A stretch of DNA of 64,000 nucleotides from Escherichia coli (GTDB lineage: Bacteria; Pseudomonadota; Gammaproteobacteria; Enterobacterales; Enterobacteriaceae). Below the pieces are notes generated by a model. The model worked only from the letters and a program-made list of their open reading frames with translations. It was not told the DNA's origin and did not search any database. The stretch's first letter is position 1, and each line of letters opens with the position of its first letter. Made by a program: the position numbers and the translations under genes. Of this stretch, positions 1 through 10,148 are shown one piece after another. The stretch is taken from NCBI RefSeq assembly GCF_003334765.1, contig NZ_QOWT01000018.1, one strand, 5' to 3'.

Positions 1-743
1 TCGGAACCCGCTTCCGGGCTGGTCAGTGCAAAGCAGGGGATCTCCTGACCACGCGCCAGACGCGGCAGATAGTGATCTTTCTGCTCGTCAGTGCCGTAAT
101 GTTGCAACAGTTCGCCCGGGCCTAATGAGTTTGGCACGCCGACGGTAATCGCCAGGATCCCGCTCACGCCGGAGAGTTTTTGCAGCACGCGAGACTGGGC
201 ATAAGCCGAGAACTCCAGCCCGCCGTACTCTTTTTTGATGATCATCGCGAAGAAACGATGCTCTTTAAGGTACGCCCACAACTCCGGCGGCAGATCCGCC
301 AGCTCATGGGTGATCTGGAAATCATTCGCCATCCGGCAGGCTTCTTCTACCGGGCCGTCGAGAAACGCTTGCTCTTCGGCGGTCAGGCGCGGCTGCGGAT
401 AGTTATGCAGCTTTTTCCAGTCCGGCTTGCCCTGGAACAAGTCGCCCTCCCACCAGGTGGTGCCCGCATCAATCGCTTCTTTCTCAGTGCGCGACATCGG
501 CGGCATCACCTTACGGAAACCGCGAAATACCGGCGCGGAAATCATCGACTTACGCATAGGCGCAAAGTTAAATGGCACGAGGATAATGGCCAGAGGCACC
601 AGTACCCACGCCGACCACAGACCAGCAACGCCGAGGGCGGCTGTCCAGGCGAGCAAAATCAGACTGCTGATAAATAAGCTCACGCGGTGATAGAACAACG
701 CGCCGAGCAGGACAACCGTAGCGAGAATACTCAAAATCATCAT
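1..743 (-). CDS. fadE: acyl-CoA dehydrogenase FadE, N-terminal part; the gene runs off the left edge
   Basis: Absent from the ORF track because there is no stop in the window. My own reverse-strand translation from ATGATG at 738-743 gives [24 protein letters not shown]..., which I recognise as the hydrophobic N-terminus of E. coli FadE. It lies upstream of gmhA, as in K-12. Confidence 0.85.
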   Translation of the reverse strand, partial: MMILSILATVVLLGALFYHRVSLFISSLILLAWTAALGVAGLWSAWVLVPLAIILVPFNFAPMRKSMISAPVFRGFRKVMPPMSRTEKEAIDAGTTWWEGDLFQGKPDWKKLHNYPQPRLTAEEQAFLDGPVEEACRMANDFQITHELADLPPELWAYLKEHRFFAMIIKKEYGGLEFSAYAQSRVLQKLSGVSGILAITVGVPNSLGPGELLQHYGTDEQKDHYLPRLARGQEIPCFALTSPEAGS

Positions 744-982
744 AACGAAAAGCCCCTTACTTGTAGGAGGTCTGACCACTTGTGATGATATGGTTGTAGT
801 GGATGTAAAAACATTTAGCAATATGTTTACAATATAATTACAACAAAGCTCACATTGTTGCTGTTTTTATCCGCACTTCAGGTCAAAAAGTCCTGGTCAT
901 AGCACCTGCCCGTACTTCTCGCTTTTGGCGGTATCCGGTACACTGCATTTTGTCTATTACATTTATGCTGAAGGATATCCTC

Positions 983-1561
983 ATGTACCAGGATCTTATT
1001 CGTAACGAACTGAACGAAGCGGCGGAAACGCTGGCTAACTTTTTAAAAGATGACGCCAATATTCACGCCATTCAGCGCGCGGCGGTCCTGTTAGCAGACA
1101 GCTTTAAAGCCGGTGGCAAAGTGCTTTCCTGCGGCAACGGCGGTTCCCATTGCGACGCTATGCACTTTGCCGAAGAGTTGACCGGTCGCTACCGTGAAAA
1201 CCGTCCGGGCTACCCGGCGATTGCTATTTCTGACGTTAGTCATATTTCCTGCGTCGGTAATGATTTCGGTTTCAATGATATTTTCTCCCGCTACGTTGAA
1301 GCGGTAGGTCGCGAAGGCGATGTACTGCTGGGGATCTCCACCTCCGGTAACTCTGCAAACGTGATCAAAGCGATCGCAGCGGCGCGTGAGAAGGGAATGA
1401 AAGTGATCACCCTGACCGGTAAAGACGGCGGCAAAATGGCTGGCACAGCGGATATCGAAATTCGCGTACCGCACTTTGGTTATGCCGACCGCATTCAGGA
1501 GATTCACATTAAAGTGATCCATATCCTGATCCAGTTGATTGAAAAAGAGATGGTTAAGTAA
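983..1561 (+). CDS. gmhA: D-sedoheptulose-7-phosphate isomerase
   Basis: Within ORF 950..1561, the internal ATG at 983 gives [20 protein letters not shown]... (192 aa). SIS-domain motif [16 protein letters not shown] is present. Recognised as GmhA/LpcA. Confidence 0.95.
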
Positions 1562-1568
1562 GTCTGGC

Positions 1569-1703
1569 GTAGGCCGGATAAGACGTTTACGCCGCATCCG
1601 GCATTTGTGCGCTGATGCCTGATGCGACGCTGACGCGTCTTATCATGCCTACAAATCTGTACGCGAACCGTAGGCCGAATAATGCGTTCACGCCGCATCC
1701 GAC
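1569..1703. repeat. BIME: three REP units in alternating orientation
   Basis: The units are gtaggccggataagacgtttacgccgcatccggca, tgcctgatgcgacgctgacgcgtcttatcatgcctaca and gtaggccgaataatgcgttcacgccgcatccgac. These are classic E. coli REP palindromes. The small R/C-rich ORFs here are REP artefacts. Confidence 0.9.
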
Positions 1704-1766
1704 CTGAAAATTCTTAAATCAATCTTCGCCGGGGGCCATGCGCTCCCGCTGTTGTGGAGGTTACCC

Positions 1767-2534
1767 ATGTGCGAATTGCTCGGGATGAGCGCCAACGTCC
1801 CTACCGATATCTGCTTTAGTTTCACCGGGCTTGTACAGCGTGGTGGTGGAACCGGGCCACATAAAGATGGCTGGGGCATTACCTTTTACGAAGGTAAAGG
1901 CTGTCGCACATTTAAAGATCCACAACCCAGCTTTAATTCCCCCATCGCCAAACTTGTCCAGGACTACCCGATAAAATCCTGTTCGGTGGTGGCTCATATT
2001 CGCCAGGCTAATCGGGGCGAGGTGGCGCTGGAAAATACTCACCCATTTACCCGCGAGTTATGGGGGCGTAACTGGACTTATGCCCATAACGGACAACTGA
2101 CGGGCTACAAATCACTGGAAACCGGCAACTTCCGCCCGGTAGGCGAAACCGACAGCGAAAAAGCCTTCTGCTGGCTCCTGCATAAATTAACGCAGCGTTA
2201 CCCGCGCACACCGGGCAACATGGCGGCGGTATTTAAATATATCGCCTCACTGGCGGATGAACTGCGGCAGAAGGGCGTTTTCAACATGCTGCTTTCGGAC
2301 GGGCGCTATGTAATGGCGTATTGCTCGACTAATTTACACTGGATCACCCGCCGCGCGCCGTTTGGCGTGGCAACGTTGCTGGATCAGGATGTGGAAATCG
2401 ACTTCAGCTCGCAGACCACACCGAATGATGTGGTCACGGTGATTGCAACACAGCCGCTGACGGGCAATGAAACCTGGCAAAAGATTATGCCAGGCGAATG
2501 GCGCTTATTTTGCCTCGGGGAGCGTGTAGTTTGA
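1767..2534 (+). CDS. yafJ: class II (Ntn-type) glutamine amidotransferase-like protein
   Basis: Within ORF 1752..2534, the start at 1767 gives [17 protein letters not shown]... (255 aa) with the Cys2 nucleophile typical of Ntn amidotransferases. Recognised as YafJ. Confidence 0.9.
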   Translation: MCELLGMSANVPTDICFSFTGLVQRGGGTGPHKDGWGITFYEGKGCRTFKDPQPSFNSPIAKLVQDYPIKSCSVVAHIRQANRGEVALENTHPFTRELWGRNWTYAHNGQLTGYKSLETGNFRPVGETDSEKAFCWLLHKLTQRYPRTPGNMAAVFKYIASLADELRQKGVFNMLLSDGRYVMAYCSTNLHWITRRAPFGVATLLDQDVEIDFSSQTTPNDVVTVIATQPLTGNETWQKIMPGEWRLFCLGERVV

Positions 2535-3245
2535 TGCCAGTTGTGGCTGCACAACTTCGTGGCTTAACGGCTTGCTGACCACGTAACGACCATTGACCAC
2601 AGAAACGGTTGGTGGCTTACGGGTTTGCTCAAAGTAGTCGTAACCCGGCTTCAGTTGCTCCCAGAAGTCCTTAAAGTTGGAATATTTATGGCGCTTCATA
2701 TTGGCGTCGGTCATGCGGAACGGGTAAATACTCACTTGCACGCTCGGCTGACCAAACACCAGCGCACCAGTAACGAACTGGAATATCTCATCAATACCCT
2801 GATTGGTCATTGCGTAGCAGCCGATGGAAACACAATCGCCGTGGATCATCAGGTATTTCCCTTCATAACCATGCGCACGGTCATAGGCATTGGGGAAACC
2901 AATATTAATCGCTTTGTAGTAACGGCTGTCTGGTTTTAACTGATTACGCTGGACGCTATAAAACCCTTCCGGGCTTTTGAAATCGCCCTGACGCTGTTTT
3001 GGCCCTAAGCCGCCGGAATATTTACAGATTTTATAGCTGTCGAGCAGTTGATATTGCTCGCCCATTTTGACGTAGAGATCGAGCGTACGTTCTTCCTTGA
3101 AGATCTGGATGTAGACAGGGGATCCCATCAACTGCTGCTTATACTCTTTGCTCACAGGCGTGGTAGAGCTACTGCTGCCCAGCAAACCGGCAAATGAAAC
3201 GCACGGGATCAACAACATCGCAAGAATTAATGCGATTTTACGCAT
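2505..3245 (-). CDS. yafK: periplasmic L,D-transpeptidase-fold protein (YafK/DpaA/LdtF)
   Basis: 246-aa ORF with signal peptide [19 protein letters not shown] and YkuD-type motif [10 protein letters not shown]. Recognised as YafK. Confidence 0.92.
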   Translation of the reverse strand: MRKIALILAMLLIPCVSFAGLLGSSSSTTPVSKEYKQQLMGSPVYIQIFKEERTLDLYVKMGEQYQLLDSYKICKYSGGLGPKQRQGDFKSPEGFYSVQRNQLKPDSRYYKAINIGFPNAYDRAHGYEGKYLMIHGDCVSIGCYAMTNQGIDEIFQFVTGALVFGQPSVQVSIYPFRMTDANMKRHKYSNFKDFWEQLKPGYDYFEQTRKPPTVSVVNGRYVVSKPLSHEVVQPQLASNYTLPEAK

Positions 3246-3400
3246 ACTGCTTATTCCTTGATAAAACGGTTACACACGCCAGGACGGCAAAATGGATCCC
3301 AAATCGGAATAGTCTGGATTTGGAAGGCTCACATTATCACCAAAAGAGTTTTACGCAAGCCTGTCGGCGCAGGGTTTACAAATTTCATCGGAAGCGGGCT

Positions 3401-3679
3401 TTACCCAAAGAGCGCCGCGTGAGTTCCAGTTCTCTCAAATCGTAAAAGTTTATCGGTAAGTTTGTAAATCAGGATCCAGTCCGGTTCGACATGAGCATCG
3501 CGATAACCTTTCCATGAACCTTGCAGCGGGTGGTCTTTATAAACAGCTGGAAGCGGTAAAGTATTATTGATAAGAAGCGTCATAAGATATTTCAATTTAT
3601 TCATATCCTTATGACGCTTTTGTGCAAGTTTTACATCCTTTGAATATTGTCCCGAGTATTCAATATCCCTTTGAATCAT
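3401..3679 (-). CDS. yafQ: type II toxin YafQ (RelE-fold ribosome-dependent mRNA interferase)
   Basis: 92-aa ORF MIQRDIEYSGQYSKDVKLAQKRHKD..., lying 3 nt downstream of dinJ. Recognised as YafQ. Confidence 0.93.
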   Translation of the reverse strand: MIQRDIEYSGQYSKDVKLAQKRHKDMNKLKYLMTLLINNTLPLPAVYKDHPLQGSWKGYRDAHVEPDWILIYKLTDKLLRFERTGTHAALFG

Positions 3680-3681
3680 AT

Positions 3682-3942
3682 TTAAATTCCTAATTTATCA
3701 AATAAATCATCGGCGTCTTTGGCCTTATGAACATCAATGCCAGCTTCGCTGTTTTTGATTGATTGAATGGTTAATTGATTAGGCTCGCGTAAATCAAACG
3801 GCAATGCCTTTTCACGCGCGACCTTTGTGAGGGTTATGCGAACCAGGTCAGAGATGGTCAGCCCCATCCCGGCCAGTACGTCCGCTGCCTGATTCTTCAG
3901 ATCTTCATCGATTCGGGCGCGAACAAACGCGTTAGCAGCCAT
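3682..3942 (-). CDS. dinJ: type II antitoxin DinJ
   Basis: 86-aa ORF MAANAFVRARIDEDLKNQAADVLAGMGLTISD... with a RelB/DinJ ribbon-helix-helix fold. It sits upstream of yafQ in the same operon. Confidence 0.93.
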   Translation of the reverse strand: MAANAFVRARIDEDLKNQAADVLAGMGLTISDLVRITLTKVAREKALPFDLREPNQLTIQSIKNSEAGIDVHKAKDADDLFDKLGI

Positions 3943-3956
3943 TGGGGTATCTCCTG

Positions 3957-3976
3957 TGCTGTATATTTATTCAGCT
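3957..3976 (-). promoter_or_regulatory. LexA (SOS) box upstream of dinJ
   Basis: tgCTGtatatttattCAGct matches the CTG-N10-CAG pattern with an AT-rich core. It lies 15-35 nt upstream of the dinJ ATG. Confidence 0.7.
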
Positions 3977-4151
3977 TGAATTGTAGCTCAAATGAGCAAC
4001 AGCGACAATCCATGAGTAATTTAATAAACGGATGTTTTTACATAATTAACTGAAATATATATGTTAATTTTATAATAATGGTTTATTAAGTTTGTTCAGA
4101 AACGATCCGGGATACACTGCAACATTAAAGCATGACCAGCCATTATTGAGT

Positions 4152-4901
4152 ATGTCCTTGCCGTCGATTCCATCCTTTGTATTGTCGGGATTACTGTTGA
4201 TTTGTTTGCCGTTTTCTTCATTTGCCAGCGCCACCACATCACATATCTCTTTCAGCTACGCCGCCCGCCAGCGGATGCAAAACCGTGCGCGTTTATTAAA
4301 ACAGTACCAAACTCATCTGAAAAAGCAGGCCAGCTATATTGTGGAAGGCAATGCCGAAAGCAAAAGGGCGCTACGCCAGCACAACCGGGAGCAGATAAAA
4401 CAGCATCCAGAATGGTTTCCTGCTCCGCTCAAGGCGAGTGACAGACGCTGGCAGGCGCTGGCGGAAAACAACCACTTTTTAAGCAGCGACCATCTGCATA
4501 ACATTACCGAAGTGGCGATTCACCGCCTGGAGCAGCAGCTTGGCAAGCCTTACGTCTGGGGCGGTACGCGGCCTGATAAAGGCTTTGACTGTAGCGGGTT
4601 GGTTTTTTATGCCTACAACAAGATCCTTGAGGCTAAGCTCCCGCGCACGGCCAATGAGATGTACCACTATCGCCGGGCAACGATTGTGGCGAACAACGAC
4701 CTGCGCCGGGGAGATTTGCTGTTTTTCCATATCCACAGCCGCGAGATAGCCGATCATATGGGCGTGTATTTGGGCGATGGGCAATTTATCGAGTCGCCAC
4801 GTACCGGCGAAACCATTCGGATAAGCCGATTAGCCGAACCTTTCTGGCAGGACCATTTTTTGGGCGCGCGCAGGATTTTGACGGAAGAGACGATTTTGTA
4901 G
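4152..4901 (+). CDS. yafL: NlpC/P60-family peptidoglycan endopeptidase-like exported protein
   Basis: Within ORF 4092..4901, the start at 4152 gives MSLPSIPSFVLSGLLLICLPFSSFASA (signal peptide). The P60 catalytic-Cys motif GFDCSGLVFYAY is present. Recognised as YafL (249 aa). Confidence 0.9.
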   Translation: MSLPSIPSFVLSGLLLICLPFSSFASATTSHISFSYAARQRMQNRARLLKQYQTHLKKQASYIVEGNAESKRALRQHNREQIKQHPEWFPAPLKASDRRWQALAENNHFLSSDHLHNITEVAIHRLEQQLGKPYVWGGTRPDKGFDCSGLVFYAYNKILEAKLPRTANEMYHYRRATIVANNDLRRGDLLFFHIHSREIADHMGVYLGDGQFIESPRTGETIRISRLAEPFWQDHFLGARRILTEETIL

Positions 4902-4981
4902 GACGGATAAGGCGTTTACGCCGCATCCGGCAGTTGTACGCAGGTGCCTGATGCGACGCTGGCGCGTCTTATCATGCCTAC
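4898..4981. repeat. BIME (two REP units) overlapping the yafL stop
   Basis: The units are gtaggacggataaggcgtttacgccgcatccggca and tgcctgatgcgacgctggcgcgtcttatcatgcctac. Confidence 0.9.
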
Positions 4982-5076
4982 GAGCCCGCGAATATTTGCG
5001 AGCCGCTTTCCCGATATAAAACAACCTCATTGCCAACCTTTCCTTTTCTTCTTACCGTTGAGAAAAAGGAGTCGCC

Positions 5077-5574
5077 ATGTCTGAATATCGTCGTTATTAC
5101 ATCAAGGGGGGAACATGGTTTTTCACGGTGAATTTACGAAATCGTCGAAGCCAACTTTTGACCACCCAGTACCAGATGCTCCGTCACGCCATTATTAAAG
5201 TTAAGCGAGACAGGCCTTTTGAAATCAACGCCTGGGTCGTTTTGCCAGAGCATATGCACTGTATCTGGACATTACCTGAAGGCGATGATGATTTTTCCTC
5301 GCGCTGGCGGGAAATTAAAAAGCAATTTACCCATGCTTGTGGATTGAAAAATATCTGGCAACCACGTTTTTGGGAGCACGCCATCCGCAATACCAAAGAT
5401 TATAGGCATCATGTTGATTATATTTATATAAATCCAGTAAAGCATGGTTGGGTAAAGCAAGTGAGTGATTGGCCATTCTCAACGTTCCATCGCGATGTCG
5501 CGCGAGGGTTATATCCCATCGATTGGGCGGGGGACGTAACGGATTTTAGTGCCGGGGAGCGTATCATTTCATAA
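5077..5574 (+). CDS. rayT: REP-associated tyrosine transposase (RAYT, TnpA-REP; IS200/IS605 Y1 family)
   Basis: 165-aa ORF MSEYRRYYIKGGTWFFTVNLRNRR... with HUH-type motif (PEHMHCIW) and a C-terminal Tyr region (YRHHVDYIYINPVKHG). BIMEs flank it on both sides. Recognised as YafM/RayT. Confidence 0.92.
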   Translation: MSEYRRYYIKGGTWFFTVNLRNRRSQLLTTQYQMLRHAIIKVKRDRPFEINAWVVLPEHMHCIWTLPEGDDDFSSRWREIKKQFTHACGLKNIWQPRFWEHAIRNTKDYRHHVDYIYINPVKHGWVKQVSDWPFSTFHRDVARGLYPIDWAGDVTDFSAGERIIS

Positions 5575-5585
5575 TTGTGCGCAGA

Positions 5586-5775
5586 TGCCTGATGCGACGC
5601 TGGCGCGTCTTATCATGCCTACAAACTTGTGCCGGATCGGTAGGCCGGATAAGGCGTTTATGCCGCATCCGGCAGTTATGCGCAGATGCCTGATGCGACG
5701 CTGGCGCGTCTTATCATGCCTACAAACTTGTGCCTGAACGGTAGGACGGATAAGGCGTTCACGCCGCATCCGGCA
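5586..5775. repeat. BIME: four REP units forming a tandem duplication of a roughly 101-bp two-REP module
   Basis: tgcctgatgcgacgctggcgcgtcttatcatgcctacaaacttgtgcc occurs at 5586 and again at 5687. Each copy is followed by an inverted gtaggNcggataaggcgtt...gccgcatccggca unit. Confidence 0.9.
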
Positions 5776-5797
5776 GTTGTGCACCAATGCTGGATAC

Positions 5798-7537
5798 TTA
5801 CATCAACGCCCCCATAATCTTCAACTCCAGCTCATCCGGCACTTCGTTATACGACAGCACATGCAGCCCCGGCGCAAACAACCTTGCATAACGCGCCAGC
5901 AAAGGGCGCAGCTGCGGTGGCACCAGCAGCACCGGGTCTTTCCCCGCCGCTTTCATCTGCTCTTTCACCTGTGGCATCGTACTCTGGAACTGGTTGAGCA
6001 TATTCGGATCGACCGGCACGCTGTCGAGCATCACTTTCCCGCCCTGTTGCGCCTGATTCACCACGTTGGTCAGCAGATTTTCCAGCTCATTATTCAGCGT
6101 ATACACCGTCAGCTCCTGCTTGCGAACGAACGGATGGGTAATGCTGCGCCGCAATGCCAGGCGCACATCGGCCGCCAGCAGAATATGATCTTTCGTCACC
6201 GTGCTACTGGCGACCAGCACGGTGGCGATGGTGACGATATCGCGCAGGGAAACGCCTTCGGTCAGCAGCGCCCGGTACACTTTCAGCAACTGGCTGTAAT
6301 TGAGCGCCGCGCTCAAATCTTCCGCCAGACGCGGTGCCGTCGACGATAAACGGTTATGCAACTGCGTAATATCATCATAGTTAAACAAATCAGGAATATA
6401 GCTGCGCACAATCTTATTTACATGGGTAGCGATCACGCTGGCGCTGTCGATCACCTGATACCCCATATTCAGCGCCTTCGCTTTCTGCGCCGCCTGGATC
6501 CAGGTGACCGGCATCCCGTACGCCGGGTCGTTCCCCTGCACGCCGTCAATCTCGCCGTAGGTTTCGCTGGAGGGCAGGGCCATCAGTTTATCCGCCGGAA
6601 TATCCGCTTCATCAGCCTTTATGCCGTTGATGAAAATGGCGTACTGACTGGGCTTAAGGCGGAAGTTTTCCCGAATGCGGATCTCCGGCAGCAGCACGCC
6701 GTTGCCGTCAGAAATCACCTGCCGCACGCCGCGAATCCGCTGGGTGAGCGGGTTACCCTGTGCTTTGTCCACCAGCGCCACCAGTTTGTAACCGAGGCTT
6801 AAACTGATAGGCTCGATCAGCGGAATGGTTTCCCAACTGACCTGCTGCTCGCTGGTTTCGGTGATGGTGCGGGTCAGCGTTTCGAGGCTTTTCTCTTCCG
6901 CCTCCGCCGCCAGCGGCTGTTTGCTCATCCGCCAGCCGGTAAAACCAAGCAGGGCGCTGAACAGCAAAAACGGCAGGTGCGGCATTCCCGGTACCACCGC
7001 CAGCACGAACATAATCCCGGTGGCGGTGTAGAGCACCGACGGGCTTGCCAGCAGCTGGTTACGCACGTCATGGGCGATATCGCCGTTGTCGCTGACGCGG
7101 GTGACGATAATCGCCGCCGCGGTGGAGAGCAGCAGGGAAGGGATCTGCGCCACCAGGCCGTCGCCGATGGTCATCAGCACATACTGCTGGAAGGCAGCAT
7201 CGGCGCTCAGGTTGTATTTGAAGATCCCGATACAGACGCCGCCGATCAGGTTGATCGCCAGAATCATCATCCCGGCGATGGCGTCCCCGCGCACAAACTT
7301 CGATGCCCCGTCCATCGCGCCGTAGAAATCGGCCTCGCTGGCAACATCTTTACGCCGGGTTTGCGCCTGCGCCTGGTTGATCAATCCGGCGTTAAGATCG
7401 GCGTCAATCGCCATCTGTTTGCCGGGCATCGCGTCTAAGGTAAAGCGGGCAGAAACCTCGGAAATACGCTCGGCCCCTTTGGTGACGACAATAAAGTTGA
7501 TTGTCAACAGCGTCAGTAAATCCGAGCGTGAAAGCAT
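5798..7537 (-). pseudogene. lfhA: 5'-truncated FlhA-family flagellar export gate gene; remnant of the Flag-2 lateral flagellar locus
   Basis: The 579-aa ORF begins within the conserved FlhA segment ...INFIVVTKGAERISEVSARFTLDAMPGKQMAIDADLNAG. The first roughly 115 aa and the N-terminal TM helices of a normal FlhA are missing. Recognised as K-12 fhiA/lfhA. Confidence 0.88.
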
Positions 7538-8267
7538 TATCGCCGCGCTGCACGGGCAGTCGATTTTTAACGGTGGTGGGCTGTCGCCGTTAAATAAAAT
7601 CAGCCCGTCTCATCCGCCAAAACCTGCCACCGTGGCGGTGCCGGAAGAGACGGAGAAAAAAGCGCGTGATGTGAATGAGAAAACGGCGCTGCTGAAGAAG
7701 AAATCCGCCACCGAGCTTGGTGAGCTGGCAACCAGTATCAACACCATTGCCCGTGATGCGCATATGGAAGCGAATCTGGAGATGGAGATTGTTCCCCAGG
7801 GATTACGCGTGCTGATTAAAGACGACCAGAACCGCAATATGTTTGAACGCGGCAGCGCGAAGATTATGCCGTTCTTTAAAACGCTGCTGGTGGAGCTCGC
7901 GCCAGTGTTCGACTCGCTCGATAATAAAATTATTATTACCGGGCATACCGATGCGATGGCCTACAAAAACAATATCTACAACAACTGGAACCTTTCGGGT
8001 GACCGCGCGCTTTCGGCTCGTCGGGTGCTGGAAGAGGCCGGAATGCCGGAAGATAAAGTGATGCAGGTAAGCGCAATGGCGGACCAGATGCTGCTGGATT
8101 CCAAAAATCCGCAAAGCGCGGGCAACCGGCGCATTGAGATTATGGTGCTGACCAAAAGTGCGTCCGATACGCTGTATCAATACTTTGGTCAGCATGGGGA
8201 TAAAGTGGTGCAGCCGCTGGTGCAAAAGCTGGATAAGCAGCAGGTGCTTTCGCAGCGAACGCGTTAA
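7521..8267 (+). pseudogene. lafU: 5'-truncated MotB-like (OmpA-domain) lateral flagellar motor gene; Flag-2 remnant
   Basis: Only the downstream part of ORF 7377..8267 (...ERESIIAALHGQSIF... to the end) looks genuine. The C-terminal OmpA/MotB peptidoglycan-binding motif is present (ITGHTDAMAY...NWNLSGDRALSARRVLEE...NRRIEIMV). The first roughly 48 codons of the ORF are antisense to lfhA. The start coordinate is approximate. Confidence 0.8.
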
Positions 8268-8303
8268 ATGCTGAATCTTTACGCATTTCTCAAACCCTGA
8301 AAT

Positions 8304-8323
8304 CACTGTATACTTTACCAGTG
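8304..8323 (+). promoter_or_regulatory. LexA (SOS) box of the dinB promoter
   Basis: caCTGtatactttacCAGtg matches CTG-N10-CAG and lies 15-35 nt upstream of the dinB ATG. Confidence 0.8.
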
Positions 8324-8337
8324 TTGAGAGGTGAGCA

Positions 8338-9393
8338 ATGCGTAAAATCATTCATGTGGATATGGACTGCTTTTTCGCCGCAGTGGAGATGCGCGACAAT
8401 CCCGCCCTGCGCGATATCCCTATTGCTATTGGCGGCAGCCGCGAACGTCGGGGGGTGATCAGCACCGCCAATTATCCCGCGCGTAAATTTGGCGTACGTA
8501 GCGCTATGCCGACAGGGATGGCGCTCAAATTATGCCCACATCTCACCTTGCTTCCGGGGCGCTTTGACGCCTACAAAGAAGCCTCAAATCATATCCGTGA
8601 AATCTTCTCGCGCTACACCTCGCGCATTGAACCGTTGTCACTGGATGAGGCTTATCTCGATGTCACCGATAGCGTCCATTGCCACGGTTCTGCGACCCTC
8701 ATCGCCCAGGAAATCCGCCAGACAATCTTCAACGAGCTGCAACTGACGGCGTCTGCGGGCGTGGCACCAGTAAAGTTTCTCGCCAAAATCGCCTCCGACA
8801 TGAATAAACCCAACGGCCAGTTTGTGATTACGCCGGCAGAAGTTCCGGCATTTTTACAAACCTTACCGCTGGCAAAAATCCCCGGCGTCGGCAAAGTCTC
8901 AGCGGCAAAACTGGAAGCGATGGGGCTGCGGACCTGCGGTGATGTACAAAAGTGTGATCTGGTGATGCTGCTTAAACGCTTTGGCAAATTTGGCCGCATT
9001 TTGTGGGAGCGTAGTCAGGGGATTGACGAACGCGATGTTAACAGCGAACGGTTGCGAAAATCCGTCGGCGTGGAACGCACGATGGCGGAAGATATTCATC
9101 ACTGGTCTGAATGTGAAGCGATTATCGAGCGGCTGTATCCGGAACTTGAACGCCGTCTGGCAAAGGTAAAACCTGATTTACTGATTGCTCGCCAGGGGGT
9201 GAAATTAAAGTTCGACGATTTTCAGCAAACCACCCAGGAGCACGTCTGGCCGCGGCTGAATAAAGCTGATCTAATCGCCACCGCGCGTAAAACCTGGGAT
9301 GAACGCCGCGGCGGGCGCGGTGTGCGTCTGGTGGGGCTGCATGTGACGTTGCTTGACCCGCAAATGGAAAGACAACTGGTGCTGGGATTATGA
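8338..9393 (+). CDS. dinB: DNA polymerase IV (Y-family translesion polymerase)
   Basis: 351-aa [36 protein letters not shown]... with the canonical Y-family catalytic motif. Confidence 0.97.
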
Positions 9394-9444
9394 TGTATAC
9401 TATTATGTATATTCTGGTGTGCATTATTATGAGGGTATCACTGT

Positions 9445-9738
9445 ATGCATCGAATTCTCGCTGAAAAATCGGTCAATATCACTGAGTTACGTAAAAACCC
9501 AGCTAAATACTTTATTGATCAACCGGTTGCGGTTCTTTCTAATAATCGCCCCGCAGGATATCTCTTAAGTGCCAGCGCATTCGAAGCGTTAATGGACATG
9601 CTTGCTGAACAAGAGGAGAAAAAGCCCATAAAGGCGCGCTTCCGTCCAAGTGCTGCAAGATTAGAGGAAATTACACGCCGCGCTGAACAATATCTTAATG
9701 ATATGACGGATGATGATTTCAATGACTTTAAGGAATAA
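9445..9738 (+). CDS. yafN: type II antitoxin YafN (Phd/YefM family)
   Basis: 97-aa ORF MHRILAEKSVNITELRKNPAKYF... lying directly upstream of yafO. Confidence 0.92.
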   Translation: MHRILAEKSVNITELRKNPAKYFIDQPVAVLSNNRPAGYLLSASAFEALMDMLAEQEEKKPIKARFRPSAARLEEITRRAEQYLNDMTDDDFNDFKE

Positions 9739-9740
9739 GG

Positions 9741-10139
9741 ATGCGGGTATTCAAAACAAAACTTATTCGCCTGCAACTTACAGCAGAGGAACTTGATGCG
9801 TTAACGGCGGATTTTATTTCCTATAAGCGTGACGGTGTTTTGCCAGATATATTTGGTCGCGATGCACTCTACGACGACTCCTTTACCTGGCCATTAATCA
9901 AATTTGAGCGAGTTGCTCATATTCATCTGGCAAATGAGAATAATCCATTTCCGCCACAGTTGCGCCAATTCAGCAGAACGAATGACGAAGCGCATTTGGT
10001 ATATTGTCAGGGGGCGTTTGATGAGCAAGCATGGTTGCTCATTGCCATTCTGAAACCTGAACCTCATAAACTGGCTCGAGATAACAACCAAATGCATAAA
10101 ATTGGGAAAATGGCAGAAGCGTTTCGCATGCGTTTTTGA
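9741..10139 (+). CDS. yafO: type II toxin YafO (ribosome-dependent mRNA interferase)
   Basis: 132-aa ORF MRVFKTKLIRLQLTAEELDALTADFISYKRDG... lying 3 nt after yafN. Confidence 0.92.
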   Translation: MRVFKTKLIRLQLTAEELDALTADFISYKRDGVLPDIFGRDALYDDSFTWPLIKFERVAHIHLANENNPFPPQLRQFSRTNDEAHLVYCQGAFDEQAWLLIAILKPEPHKLARDNNQMHKIGKMAEAFRMRF

Positions 10140-10148
10140 ATTTATATT

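Noticed and set aside
180-677. A 165-aa plus-strand ORF (and the overlapping 427..690 ORF) at the left edge.
   Set aside because: It lies antisense to the clearly recognisable fadE N-terminal coding region. Its Arg/His/Gln-rich, low-complexity translation is typical of a shadow ORF.
5586-5775. A regularly spaced repeat pattern (a 38-nt unit recurring with about 101-bp period) that superficially resembles a tiny CRISPR array.
   Set aside because: The units are canonical REP palindromes in alternating orientation, which makes this a BIME. There are only two periods, no cas genes, and the 'spacers' are themselves REP sequence.
5777-7438. Plus-strand ORFs 5777..6349, 6356..6802 and 6977..7438 (148-190 aa).
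   Set aside because: All are antisense to lfhA, whose FlhA homology is unambiguous. Their translations are R/H/Q-rich shadow frames.
7377-7520. The N-terminal extension of the lafU ORF (MINPALRSASIAICLPG...).
   Set aside because: This part is read from the antisense of lfhA across the deletion junction. It has no MotB-like TM segment and no ribosome-binding site, so it is an artefact of the scar.
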